64,000 nt of DNA from Chiloscyllium plagiosum. Its lineage: Eukaryota. Shown piece after piece: positions 1-11,800 of this stretch. A program made the position numbers and the translations under genes. The stretch's first letter is position 1; each line of letters begins with the position of its first letter. Location: contig NC_057755.1 in the NCBI RefSeq assembly GCF_004010195.1, forward strand, positions 1,415,306 through 1,479,305, read 5' to 3'. A model generated the notes under the pieces. That model was given only the letters and a program-made list of their open reading frames with translations, was not told the origin of the DNA and did not search any database.

Positions 1-197
1 TACTCACCAATTGTGTCGGTGAGTGCACCTCCAACGACACTCAAGAAACGCAACACCATTTAGAGAAAGCAGTTCTTTTGACATTCACAAGCATCCACCC
101 TCTCCTCCACCACCCATGCTCAGTAATAGCAATGTGTACTGTCTACAGGATAAAGTATTGAAAATCATCAAAGAGCCTTAGATAGCATCTTTCAACA
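1..197 (+). mobile_element. 3' part of a second CR1-clade LINE family (left piece, interrupted by a CR1)
   Basis: Resembles 60450-60620 of this window (gcaatgtgtac...ccttagayagca); the element resumes at ~1005 after the nested CR1. Confidence 0.6.
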
Positions 198-199
198 AA

Positions 200-1000
200 C
201 TTGCCAGATCGAATACAATGCAGGGAAGTGTGAGGCCATGTACTTTGGTAGGAAGAATCGAGGCACAGACTATATTCTGGGTGGAGAGAAAATTCGGAAC
301 TCTGATGTGCAAAGGGGCTTGGGAGTCCTAAACATGGATTCCCTTAAGGTCGACTTTCAGGTTAAATCAGTAGTTAGGAAAGCAAATGCAATTTCTCATT
401 TACTTTGAGAAGACTAAAATGTAAAAGAAGAGATGTATTCTAAGGGTTTCTAAGGCTTTGATCAAACCTTAGATTATTGTGAGAAATCTTGGGCCCCATA
501 CCTCAAGAAGGATATATTGGACTTGAGGTGCGTCCAGAGGAGGTTCAAGAGAATGATCTCGGGAATGAAAAGATTAACATATGAGGAACATCTGAGACTC
601 TGGCTCTATCCTCGATAAAGTTTATAAGGATCAGGGCAGATCCCATTGAAACATGTAGAATACTAAAAAAAGATTGGATTGAGTGGACATTAAGAATAAT
701 TTGGCTTTAGCAGGATAGATTTAGAGTAAAGAGAAAACCCTTAGGAAAGGAGATGAGGGGAAACTTCTTCAGCTAGAGAGTGATGAATCTATGGAATTCA
801 TTACCAAAGAAGTTTGTGGAGGCCAGGTCATTGAATATATCGAAAACAGAGGTAAGTATGTTCTTGGTTGTTGAGGGGATCAAAGATTATGGGGAGAAGG
901 CGGGTGAATGGGGTTGACACACTTATCAATCATGACTGAATGGTGGAGCAGATCTGATTGGCCGAGTGGCCTAACTTCTGCTTCTATGTCTTATGGTCTT
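200..1000 (+). mobile_element. CR1 LINE, 5'-truncated (RT C-terminus + 3'UTR), decayed
   Basis: Degenerate KCEAMYFGRKN and LDYCEKSWAPYLKKD motifs; tail ...cttctatgtcttatggtctta; similar to 13680-14715. Confidence 0.85.
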
Positions 1001-1004
1001 AAGG

Positions 1005-1245
1005 TTTCATCTAGAAGGACAAGGGCAAGAGATACATGGGAAAACACACCAACTGTACATTACCCAGCAAGACATTCACCATCACTATCGCCTTTCCTTC
1101 ACTGTTATGGGGTGATTCCCTCCGTAGAGTGGTGCGGGTCAACCAACAGAACATGGACTGCAGCATTTCAAGAGCTCATATCCACCTTCCCAAGGGCAAT
1201 TAGGTATAGTTAATAAATGCTGTCCATAGCCATGTCCCATGAGTA
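1005..1245 (+). mobile_element. 3' end of second LINE family (right piece)
   Basis: catctagaaggacaagggc...ggactgcagc...aataaatgc parallels 60630-60910. Confidence 0.6.
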
Positions 1246-1259
1246 AATTAAAAATCACA

Positions 1260-1600
1260 CTGCCCTCCTCGGCAGCGGATTCTAGATCTCGCCTCTCTCC
1301 ACTGCACCCCACCTACTGGGTGAAGGATTTTTTCCTGAAATTCCCAAGAAACCTCCCACTAATCATTTTAAAATGGTGCCCCTATGCTATTGATCCTTCG
1401 TCTAAGGGAGCAGATGCTTGCAATCCACCTCGTTTTTGTGCCAATTGGTCATATACATCACTATCGAGTCCCTATTCAACCTGCTCTGCTACAAAGAAAA
1501 CAACCCAAGTTCATCCAGCCTCTATTTATCGCTGAACTGTTCATTTCCAGACTCCAGACAAACGCCCTATTATCCCTCTTACTCTCAGCTTCCTAGTCCC
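1260..1600 (-). mobile_element. Old CR1 3' fragment
   Basis: CR1-like antisense phrases (accacctactgggtgaaggatttttcc, aaagaaaacaacccaag). Confidence 0.55.
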
Positions 1601-1654
1601 TAGCCATTCGTTGAATACTCCCTCGTCTCGTTATTTCTTCCAAAGTTGATGACG

Positions 1655-1849
1655 GGAGAAAGTGCGGACTGCAGATGCTGGAGATCAGGGATTAAAAATG
1701 TGTTGCTGGAAAAGCGCAGCAGGTCAGGCAGCATCAAAGGAACAGGAGAATCGACGTTCCTGAAGAAGGGCTTATGCCCAAAACGTCGATTCTCCTGTTC
1801 CTTTGATGCTGACTGGCCTGCTGCACTTTTCCAGCAACACATTTTTAAG
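1655..1849. mobile_element. Short Penelope-like terminal-repeat insertion in inverted (hairpin) arrangement with hammerhead motif
   Basis: Matches the terminus of the PLE at 29819-29945; 67-bp inverted arms 1692-1758/1782-1848 with 3 mismatches; flanking direct repeat caaagttgatgacg/caaggtttatgacg. Confidence 0.85.
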
Positions 1850-2399
1850 CAAGGTTTATGACGCCCAGGTATGGCAAGGTTTAATTCTATATACCACGAT
1901 TTGTCCTTTATATTGGTGGTTTTCCTTATGGAAAGAGAGAGAGAGAGAGAAGGTCAGAAAATGGCAGGACCACAGTTGATCTGTCAAAGATCCAAGACCA
2001 TTATTCAGGCAGAATTATCGCTTGCAGAGTTCATGGTTCAGGTTGGAATGTCACGTTTACTGTGCATAATCCCACTGTGGCCCTTCCAGAAGGTGACTTC
2101 ACCCTGAGTTCTGCTCAGCCTGGAAAGTTTCTGACATTAACTCCAGTCTCTGCCTCATAGCTTTGACACAAAAACAGGAAAGGGGAACATTCAGCAGAGA
2201 TTCAAATCCACATTGCAACATTCCCAATAGATAGTGTTGCCCTCAGTGTGAAGAAGCACACTGCAACACACAATTTCGAATGACCCAGCATGTAGTAAGG
2301 AGTGATACAGATCTACAGTACAGTAAAATTTGCTTTGGCTCATTGAACCTGCTCTGGTCGAAAGCAAGTCCTGAACTATTGTCCTTATTCAATCATGGA

Positions 2400-2697
2400 A
2401 TGTGGGCATATCTGCCTGGACCAGAATTTATTGCCTTCTGGCTCAGGCCAGAGGGCAGTTATAGTAAATCAACATTGCCATGGGTCTGGACTGACATGGA
2501 TTTCAGAAGCAGTGTGCCACCTCCCCCAAAATTCATCAACAATTTTATGATTACCGTTAAACTCGCCAGTGCTTTACTTATTGAATTCCAAAGCCACCAC
2601 TTACTGAGGCTGGGTTTGAACCAAGGTCCCCAGAATGCTACCTGGGTTTCAAGATTATCAGTTTAGAAATAATACCAGCAGGCTATCACCTCCCCAT
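2400..2697 (-). mobile_element. Old SINE-like element (tRNA-like head on minus strand)
   Basis: gggtttgaacc (reverse B-box-like) ... atcacctccc end; a second copy of the head lies at ~3350-3440. Confidence 0.4.
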
Positions 2698-2783
2698 TAA
2701 TGAAGCCCTATTCTATCCACTTTTTCCAGCTTTTGGCCCACAGTTTTGCATGCCTTAGGATCACAAGTGCACCAGTGAATACG

Positions 2784-3320
2784 TAGAACAGTACAGCAAA
2801 GGAACAGGTCCTTTGTCCCACCATGTCCGTGCCAATCAAGATGCCATTCTACTCTAATCCCCTGCCCATTTACATTTCTGTCTAAATGCTGCTTTAATTT
2901 TGCAAACGTGTCTCATTCAACCACCTCCTCATACGCTGTGTTCCAGATGTTAACCATCTTCTTCGTAAAAGAGCTATCCTCGCATACTTGCTGTAAAGCT
3001 TTCACCTCTCACCCTAAAATTATACTCCCTATTGTTTAACAACTCCAACATGGGATAAAGACTTCATCTGTCCACTCCCTCCTCACCTTTCATAATTTTA
3101 TACATTTCTGTCAGGTCGCCCTCAGCCTTCAATGTTGTAGTGAAAACTATCCAAGTTTGTCCAACATCTCCTTATATGTAATACGCTCCAATCCAGGCAA
3201 TATCTCGGAATGTCACTATTGCACTTTCTCTGTAGCGGCTGCAACCTTCTCTTAGTGATGCGACCATTACTGCACATAGTACTCTGAAAGTGGCCTCAGT
3301 AAAAGTCTGCAACGTATGAA
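2784..3320 (-). mobile_element. CR1 3' fragment
   Basis: Starts with reverse CR1 tail (tagaacagtacagc...caggtcctttg), followed by antisense RT C-terminal sequence. Confidence 0.75.
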
Positions 3321-3524
3321 TTCCAGCCTCTGCCGATACACGATCTGCCAAGAATGGATTTGAACCTAAGTCCCCAGAATGCCACCTGGAATTCTAGAGT
3401 AACAGTCTACCAACAATAGCACATGACCATCACTCCCCGATGATCCAATCCCATTCTGATACAATTTTCTAGCACTTGGCCCACAGCCTTACATGTGTTG
3501 ACATTGCAAGTGCACGTTGAATTA

Positions 3525-4170
3525 TATAGCAATACAGCATAAGCACAGGCCATTTGGACTACCATATCTAAGTGGCCATAATGCAATTTTACTCCATTTC
3601 CATCTACCCGCTCTTGGTCTGTATCCCTCTACTTGCAGCCTGCTCATGTGTTTGTCGAAATGCCTCTTACTGTTTGTGAATGTGCCTATTTTGATCATCT
3701 CGCCTTGTGTCGTTTTCCAGGCAGTACTCACATCTCTGGAGAAAAGCTTTTCTTGCACATCTTCTGTTATCCTTTCCCCTCACCTTAAACCTATATCTCC
3801 TGACATTTGAAATTTCCACTCTGAGATAAAGACTCTAGACTATACATCCCATTATTGCCTCTCAAAATTTTACACATTTCGATCAGGTCAACCTCAGCCT
3901 CCAAGCATCTAGTGAAAATAATCCAAGCTTGACCAGTCTCTCATTGTAGCTCATACACACCATTTCAAGTTACATCCTAGTAAATCACTACTGCACAGTC
4001 TCTGAAGCCTTCACAACCTTCCCTTAGTGTAGCAACTATTACTGAATATGGCATTCCAAATATGGTCTCTGTAAAGTCTTATATTGCCACAACATGACTT
4101 GCCAACTCAATGCCCTCATCAATAAAGGCCAACATGTCGAAGGCATTGTTTACCACTTTATCCACTTGTA
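3525..4170 (-). mobile_element. CR1 3' fragment
   Basis: Reverse tail (gcaatacagcataagcacaggccattt), then antisense RT C-terminus; parallels 2784-3320. Confidence 0.75.
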
Positions 4171-4199
4171 TTGACACAGCCAGACAATAATGTACTTGA

Positions 4200-4680
4200 A
4201 CATCAACATTCTTCTAAATACTTCATCAATGCGATTAGGGCTTTTGCCTCCACCACGATTACAGGCATTGATTTCCATATTCTCGACAAAAACAGCAAAT
4301 GCCCACTAAATCTTCCACTTCGTGCCGTAAATCTGTGCCCCCCTAACCATTGATGCCCCAGACAGACATAGAGATGTACATCACAGAAACCGACCCTTTG
4401 GTCCAACTCCACCAAGGGGAGAGGTTTCGTCCTATCTACCATGTCTATGTCTCTCATTATTGATACATCTCTGTCATGTCCCCTCTCAATCACGTCAGTT
4501 CTGAGGAACACAACTCCAGTCTGTCTAATCTCTCCACATAATTGAATATCTTTAGCTCAGACAACGTGTTGATTAATGCCCTCGCCCCCACCTCCAGTGC
4601 TATTACATACCTCCCTCCTGTGGATTCCAGACATACTTTTACTGTGATCTGAACAACATTTTATGCAGTTTCAGTAGAAC
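4200..4680 (-). mobile_element. Older CR1 fragment with a short nested CR1 tail (~4365-4412)
   Basis: Antisense CR1-like sequence; catagagatgtacatcacagaaaccgaccctttggtccaactc tail. Confidence 0.55.
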
Positions 4681-4869
4681 AGTTCCCAGTGGCACCGCGT
4701 CCAGTTCAGATCTTTGGTGAGCCTGGGTCAGAGCCCTGAGCAACTGAGCAAGATGTCTGCAAAACATTGCATTTTTCATTTGGAATACTGGTTGTGGTAC
4801 TGTCTGTCAATGTCTGAGGGTATAGACTACATGTAGGACTTCACCTATTGACACTGAGTTCTTTTGCCC

Positions 4870-5310
4870 ATCTTGTTTATGCGAAGGTTCAGGAGACAGA
4901 CTCCAGATTTGAAGGGACTATCTTATGAGGAGAGGTTGAGTGGATTGGCCCTGTAATCTTTGAAGCTTAGAAGAACGAAGGACAACTTTATTGAAACTTA
5001 CCAAGATCTTATGGGACTCGACAGACGAGATGCAGAAATGTCATTTCCCCCTGTGGGGGAGTCTAGGACAAAAGACATCATCTCAGAATATAGGTCGCCC
5101 ATTTAAGGCAGACGTGAGGAGGAATTTCTTCTGTCAGTGGGATGTGAATCAGTGGAATTCTTTACTGCCGAGAGTGATGAAGGCTTGATCCTTAAGTACA
5201 TTCAGGTCTGCGGTAGAGATGCGGTAAAATTGAGGGTTTTGGGGTAAAGTCAGGAAAGTGGATTTAAGGAAGATCAGATCAGCTGTCATCTCATTGAGTG
5301 GCTGAGCTAT
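4870..5310 (+). mobile_element. CR1 3' fragment
   Basis: GLSYEERL / VRRNFFCQ / WNSL motifs typical of the CR1 ORF2 C-terminus. Confidence 0.8.
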
Positions 5311-5344
5311 GTTAATGGGCACTCCGTCTATGACCAGAATGTCC

Positions 5345-5500
5345 TCTTTGAGCTGGTAAAACTAAAACTACTGACAATATTCCCGGGGTGCTCTCACAAC
5401 ATCCCTGTACAACTGCCGTGAAGCATCCCAAGTTCTGAACAACAAATCCTTTTGCAATGAAGGCCAACATACGACTTGCCTTCCTCGTGACTTGCTGCAA
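5345..5500 (-). mobile_element. CR1 RT fragment
   Basis: ORF 5312..5500: QQVTRKASRMLAFIAKG. Confidence 0.7.
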
Positions 5501-7061
5501 GTCAGGCAGTTAGCAAACTATTGGTTCACAGTGAGGGCAACATTCCAAGCAACTTGGGAACAAGTATCAGACAGCATGACAGCTGGATGCGCTTCGGAGA
5601 TAAATATTGAAGAAAACGACAGCAGTTCATAAGGAATGCGTAACCATTGGGAGACACGTGGTGGCTGTTTAATCTTAGTGCGAAGGGGAGCTGCAAGCTC
5701 ACTCAGTTTTACTATGCCACGTTGGAAATAGATATGTAATTAGAAAGGATAGTCATAGCAGAACAATTGGGAAAAGAGAAGTGATGGTGTAGGAGTAGCC
5801 ACCTAACATCTTCCAAAATCCTAATGCATCTTTCTCTGCAGAATTGCAATTAAACACAAACTGTTGCTACTTTCCCCCATGCCAATGGTGGTCTCAAGAA
5901 ACATTCGCAATTGTAATCAAAACATTGCTGCCATTTTAACTTTGGTTTTGTGCTTCATAGGTCTGATAAGGAGATGTGAGAAATGAACCTAGACATTATG
6001 GATCAAAGGTAGGACATTTCCATTGAGTCATTGGAGCTCTCGCTTGAATGCTTGCTATTGATAGATCTTTAAGAGTTGCACAGAGGGTGAGAAATTGCTA
6101 ATCTGTCGTTAGGGATACAAGAGCAGGCTAAAAGCCTGGAGATGGATACAATTGACAGAAATATTCCTATTTCATGGTTATGAGGAGAAACAATCTCGGA
6201 TCATTTTGAACAGTCGATCAGTCTGTTAAATATTTGCCTCGAACACAGACATCTCTGGCCGCAAGGCTCCATTTAGTCTCTCAGAGTTCAACAAAGGCTG
6301 CATTGTCCCTCTATAAAGACAGGAAGGTATCCTGCATCTCACTATTTGTTCCTGTGTTAAATAGACACACTACACTCAGCCTGAAAGTTCAAATATCAGT
6401 CTTACACCCTGTAGACAGCTAATTCCTATCGAGAATACACAGGGTGCACACTGCTTACTCTCCAAATCTCAGTTGTCACACACTGTGGATATTGTATCAC
6501 TGTAGACAGTACACGTTTTGCACACGGAGGAGTATCCATATATTAGCTATCTTACACTGTAGATATTGCACTACTGTAGGTATTGTATTGCTGTGGACAA
6601 TACACTGACTGCAGACTGTTGAAAACCCAAATATCAGTAGCTGTAAGGTCTGCCCATAACTGACCAGCACAAAATGGCTAATCGCTACCCGTGGCTAACA
6701 TGGCTGACAGTAGCATTTCAAGTTTGCTGACAGTGCCGAAAGCATAGATAATAATAGTTAACATTTGGTTAGTATAGGAGAATAATAGCAGCTCTGTAAA
6801 GATATTGATAATAACATTTCGCATTTGACGAAAACAGGAGCTCAAAGTTAATTCAGCCATATTAGAGAGTTTTAAACAATCCTTGGATAAGCTCATGGAA
6901 GTTGATGGGATAGTGTAGTGAGATGAATTGAGATTAGTTCACAGGTCAGAGCAACATTGAGGGCCAAATGCCTGTTCTGCACCGTATTTTTCTACGTTGC
7001 ATATTCTAAGTTTCAGCTGATGCATAAGCCATAGGTAAAAAAATACATTAAAGATCACTGT

Positions 7062-7350
7062 AGTTTAGATTGCCTACAGTGTGGAAACAGGCCTTTAGAC
7101 ACAACCAGTCAACACCAATACCCTCCAAAGAGCAACCCACCCAAACCCATCTCCCTCTGACCAATGCACCTAACACTATAGGCAATTTCGCATGGCCAAT
7201 TCACCCGACCTGCACATCTTTGGACTGTGGGAGGAAACTAGAGCACCCAGAGGAAACCCACACAGGCACAGGGGGAACGAGAAAACTCTGCACAGACAGT
7301 CGCCCAAGGGCCGTATCGAACCTGGGTCCCTGGTGCTGAACTGAGCCATC
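7062..7350 (-). mobile_element. HE1-type tRNA-derived SINE
   Basis: Reverse B box (tcgaacc), central tgcacatctttggactgtgggaggaaac core, LINE-derived tail cctacagtgtggaaacaggcc; same family as 33883 and 45795. Confidence 0.85.
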
Positions 7351-7729
7351 ACAGCGTAATAGTCCAGAAGCAGTACATATTTCCCAGCTTTGACTGTGCA
7401 GGTTTTACATTTGTTCCACTTCAAATATGGAACAGAGCAGTATATGGAAATAATTAACCTGCTGACTCACATATGTATAGCCATAATGCTGTATTATGGA
7501 AAATTGCAATGCTAGATGTTTGAATTACACTACTACAGATGGTGAAACATAAACTCATTTCACAAATGAAGAATAAAAATAAATGTTTTTCTACTGGACG
7601 AAGTATTTGCAGGCCTGTTCTGCCCTCAGTATCAGGGGGGCTGATGTTTCTCAGCCTCATTTTGAAGTCCCAGTATTTTAACAATGTATTATTCAATTAG
7701 TGGACGTGTGGTTCACTGTTTGTGTCAAC

Positions 7730-8518
7730 ATCAAAGAACAAAGAGCAATGAAAATTTACAGCCCGGGAACAGGCCATTCGGCCCGCCGAGCCTGAGCTGA
7801 TCCAAATTCACTGTCTAAAACTATTGCCCAATTCCTAAACATCTGTATCCCTCTGCTGCCCACTTAATCATGCATCTGTCCAGACGCACCTGAAATGAAT
7901 CTGCCGTGCGTGCCTCTACTACCTCTGCTGGCAACGCTTTCCAGGCACCCACCGCCCTCTGTGTAAAGTTCTTGCAGCGTGTATCCCCCTTAAACTGTTC
8001 GCCTTTCACTTTGGATGCGTGAAATTTTATATTGAATCCATCACCCTGGGAAAATCTTATCTCTATCTATCCTGTCCATACCCTTCAAGATTTTGTAGAC
8101 CTCAATCAAGTCCCCCCTCAATCTTCTTTTTTCTAATGAAAACAATCCTAACCTACTCAAACTTTCTTCATATCTAGCAACTTCAATACCAGGCTACATC
8201 CTCGTAAACCTTCTTTGCATCCTCTCCAAAACGTCCACATCCTTTTGGTAATGTGGCGACCAGACCTGTACACAATATTCTAAATGTGGCCGAACCAAAG
8301 TCTTGTACAATTTTAACATGTCCTGCGTGCTCTTATACTCAATATCCATCCGATGAAGGCAAGCATACCATATGACTTCTTGACCATTCTATCCACCTGT
8401 GCAGCTATTTTCAGGGTACAATGGACTTGAACTCCCAGATCTCTCTGCTCATCAACTTTTCCCAAGGCTCTTCCGTTTACAGTATAGTTCGCTCTAGAAT
8501 TAGAACTTCCAAACTGCA
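7730..8518 (-). mobile_element. CR1 3' fragment
   Basis: ORFs 8313..8519 (EQRDLGVQVHCTLK) and 7821..8009 (FTQRAVGAW). Confidence 0.9.
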
Positions 8519-8946
8519 CCCATTGTCCAATAACACAACTGTACTTGAGAAATTGAGAGTGAGCAGCCTTCCTGAATTGAGAAGGCCAAAATTGTAGTTA
8601 CATGAACAAAGCTGTTAGCTAGTTAGTTACAAGTCTTTTATCAAGAGACGTTGAAAAAATAATGATAGATTTGTAAGTTAAGGTAATGCGTAACTTGGAG
8701 ATGAAAATACAACTGGTGGTGTTCCTTTGTATCTGTTGTCTTTGTGTGGCTAGACAGAATGATTCCCATGGGTTTGGATGGTTAAACCAAACTAACAACT
8801 GATTCATTGGGTGATCAGGAACAAGCATACAATACATTTAAGTTCAGGAGTATGGAAGATGGAGAAGTGTGGAGGCGAGCTGAGAAAAAAACATCAGCTG
8901 GAGGAAACACTGTTAGATCGTTTCGTGAGAAAAGATTGTGATGAGA

Positions 8947-9853
8947 TTGGAAGTGTAGTGCACAGAGTGGAAGGTTAACTTAGATTGCAACGGAATCTTG
9001 ATTAGGTGGGCCAATGGGCTGAAAAGTGGCAGATCGAGTTTAGTTTAGATAAACGTGAGGTGCCTCATTTTGGGAAAGCAAATATTAGCAGGACTTATTC
9101 ACGCAATGGTAATGTCCTCGGGAGTGTTGCTGAACAAAGAGACCTTAGAGTGCAGGTTCATAGCTCCTTGAAAGTGGAGTCAAAGGTTCATGGGATAGTG
9201 AAGAAGGCGTTTGGTGTGCTTTTCTTTATTGGTCAGAGTATTGAGTACAGGAGGTGGGAGGTCATGTTGCGGCTGCACAGAGCATTAAGTAGGCAACTAT
9301 TGGAATGTTGCGTGCAATTCTGGTCTCCTTCCTATCGGAAAGGTATTGTGAAACTTGAAACGTTCAGAATAGATTTACAACAATGTTTCCAGAGTTGGAG
9401 GATTTGAGATATAGGGAGAGGCTGAACAGGCTGGGGCTGTTTTCCCTGGAGCGTCGGAGGCTGAGGGATGACCTTACGGAGGTTTATAAAATCACGAGGG
9501 GCATGGATAAGATAAATCGACACTGTTTCTTCTCCCTGCGGTGGGGGAGTCCAGATCTAGACGGCATAGATTATCGGATGAGAGATGAATGACATAAAAC
9601 GAGACTTAAGCGGTAACTGTTTCACATAGTGGCTGGTACGTGTATGGAATGAGCTGCCAGAGGAAGTGGTGGAGGCCAGTAGGATTGCAACATTTAAAAG
9701 GCATTTGGATGGATAAATGAATTGGAAGGGCTTGGAGTGATATGGGCCAGGTGCTGGCAGGTGGGACTAAATTGGGTTGGGATACTTGATCGGCATGCAC
9801 GAGTTTGGACTGAAGGGTCTGTTTCCGTGCTGTACATCTCTATGACTCCATGA
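8947..9853 (+). mobile_element. CR1 3' fragment inserted in the NACHT exon
   Basis: ORF 9006..9407 (WAEKWQIEF..EQRDL..LLECCVQFWSP); tail ctctatgactccatga. Confidence 0.9.
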
Positions 9854-10656
9854 GACCGAAGTCTCTGGGCCAACATTCATCATTAGAACCTCAGGTTTTC
9901 GAAAATGTGCCATGTTACAGAAAATAATCCATGAATGGGCAACAGGGGAAAGAGATCAAAGTGATCTTTCCATTTATAGTTGTGCAATTGAAATCCATCA
10001 ATGGGGAAACATGCTTAAATGACCTAACACTAGATTTCTTCCCGTTTTCACGACCTGGCTACAATGCCTGTGGAAGGACCTCGAGAAAATATTGCTCATA
10101 ATTGACGACTTAGATCATTCCCAGAAAACCATCAATTTTGCCAGGATAATGAGCAACAATGGTCACGAATGCCAAAGTTTAAGGCCAAACGTTTTCTGTG
10201 AAATATCTCGCATTGTGCTTTGCCTTTTGAAAGGGCGATTGATGAAAGACTGCTCAGTGTTGTGAACGAGTTCCCAAATGGAAACTGCAGACATTTGGAA
10301 ACGTTGGACCAAGTCGAGCTGTAGATAACTTGGGGTTCAATGCAATCAAGATTGGGCAATATTTCCAACGCTGCTCTGCAGCTGAACAGTTTGCTTCAGC
10401 TGTTCTGAATTGCATTGAGCAGAATGAGAAAGACACACGATGTGCCATAATCCTCCCTTCTTCTCGGTTCTGTGTTCAATGCTGGAAGCTCAGAGAAAAA
10501 CAAAGGTTCCCAGATGCCTACAGTCACAAACAGGACAAGGGTGCTTTTCACAGACCTTACTAATCTTTTGAAAAAATATTGTTGTAATGATGTCATTGCT
10601 CACGATATGCTTCTAAAATTGTGTAGTTTGACCAACTGGGGAATTTGCATCAAAAC

Positions 10657-11262
10657 GTTTGCGTTGAAAAGATGTCAGTTCATCCAACATAAGCTCGCTA
10701 TTCCCTATGGCATCTCTACATTTATGGTTGACGCACGAGGCAATGATGGTGTTGGCAAAGTGTTCACTCACTCCACTTTGAAGACATTTTTTGCTGCACT
10801 ATTTAAATCATACAGTGACATAGTGAAATAAAATTATTGAATGACAGACTTAATTTGCCGTGTTTTCAATGACTGCTCATCCCGAAATGCAGCTAAACGG
10901 AACGGAGTTTACTTGAGGGGAACAACATCTTGAAATAGCCTTGAACTTTTGTGTTGAAAAGATGTCAGTTCATCCAGCATAATCTGCCTATTTCCTATGG
11001 CATCTCTACATTTATGATAGACCCATGAGGCAATGATGGTGTTGGCAAAGTATTCACTCACTCCACTTTGAAGACATTTTTTGCTGCATTATTTGAAACA
11101 TACAGTACACCAGTAGACCTAGTGTAATAAAACTATTGAATGACACGATTGCACCGACCACAGACTTTGTTTGCCGTGTTTTCAATGGCTTCTCATCAGG
11201 AAATGCAACTAAACAGACTGGGGTTTACTTGGGGGGAACTACATCTTGAAATAGCCTCGAAT
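10657..11262 (+). repeat. Diverged tandem duplication (~290 and ~315 bp units) inside the NACHT exon
   Basis: gttgaaaagatgtcagttcatcc...catcttgaaatagcc occurs at ~10660-10940 and again at ~10950-11258. Confidence 0.9.
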
Positions 11263-11274
11263 GTAGCAGTTCAC

Positions 11275-11800
11275 TTCAACAGGAAATACGTTGTGAAACT
11301 GGATAGGATTCAGAAAAGAGTTGCAAGGATGTTGCTAGGGCTGGAGGGTTTGGATTATTGCGGGGGGGGGGGGGGGGGTGGGATGGAATAGGCTGGGGCC
11401 ATTTTTCCTGGATCCCTGGAGGCTGAGAGGTGACCTTATACAGATTTATAAAATTCTGAGAGACGTGGACAAGGCGAATAGCCAAAGTCTTTTTTTCCCA
11501 AGGTATGTAAGTCCAAAACAAGATGGTATAACCTTAAGATGAGGAGAGACGGTTACAAGTGAATGAAATGGAATTTTTCACAGAGGGTGGTTCGTGTATG
11601 GAATGAGACAGAAGCGCTGATGGAGGCTGCTACAAGTAAGACATTTACAAGGCATTTGGATTGGAACATGATTAGCAAGAGTTCAGAGGGATATGGGCCA
11701 CATCCTGGCATAAGGAGTTAGATTAATTTAGGATATCTGGTCAGCATGTTCGAGTGAGATTGAAGTGTCTATTTCACTGCTATACGTGTCTATGACTCTA
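11275..11800 (+). mobile_element. CR1 3' fragment
   Basis: VVKLDRIQKRVARMLLGLEGL; tail gtctatgactcta. Confidence 0.85.

Noticed and set aside
5527..5570. CACAGTG heptamers (also ~33778, ~58009, ~63968) as V(D)J recombination signals
   Set aside because: No ACAAAAACC-like nonamer at 12 or 23 bp spacing and no adjacent V or J segment
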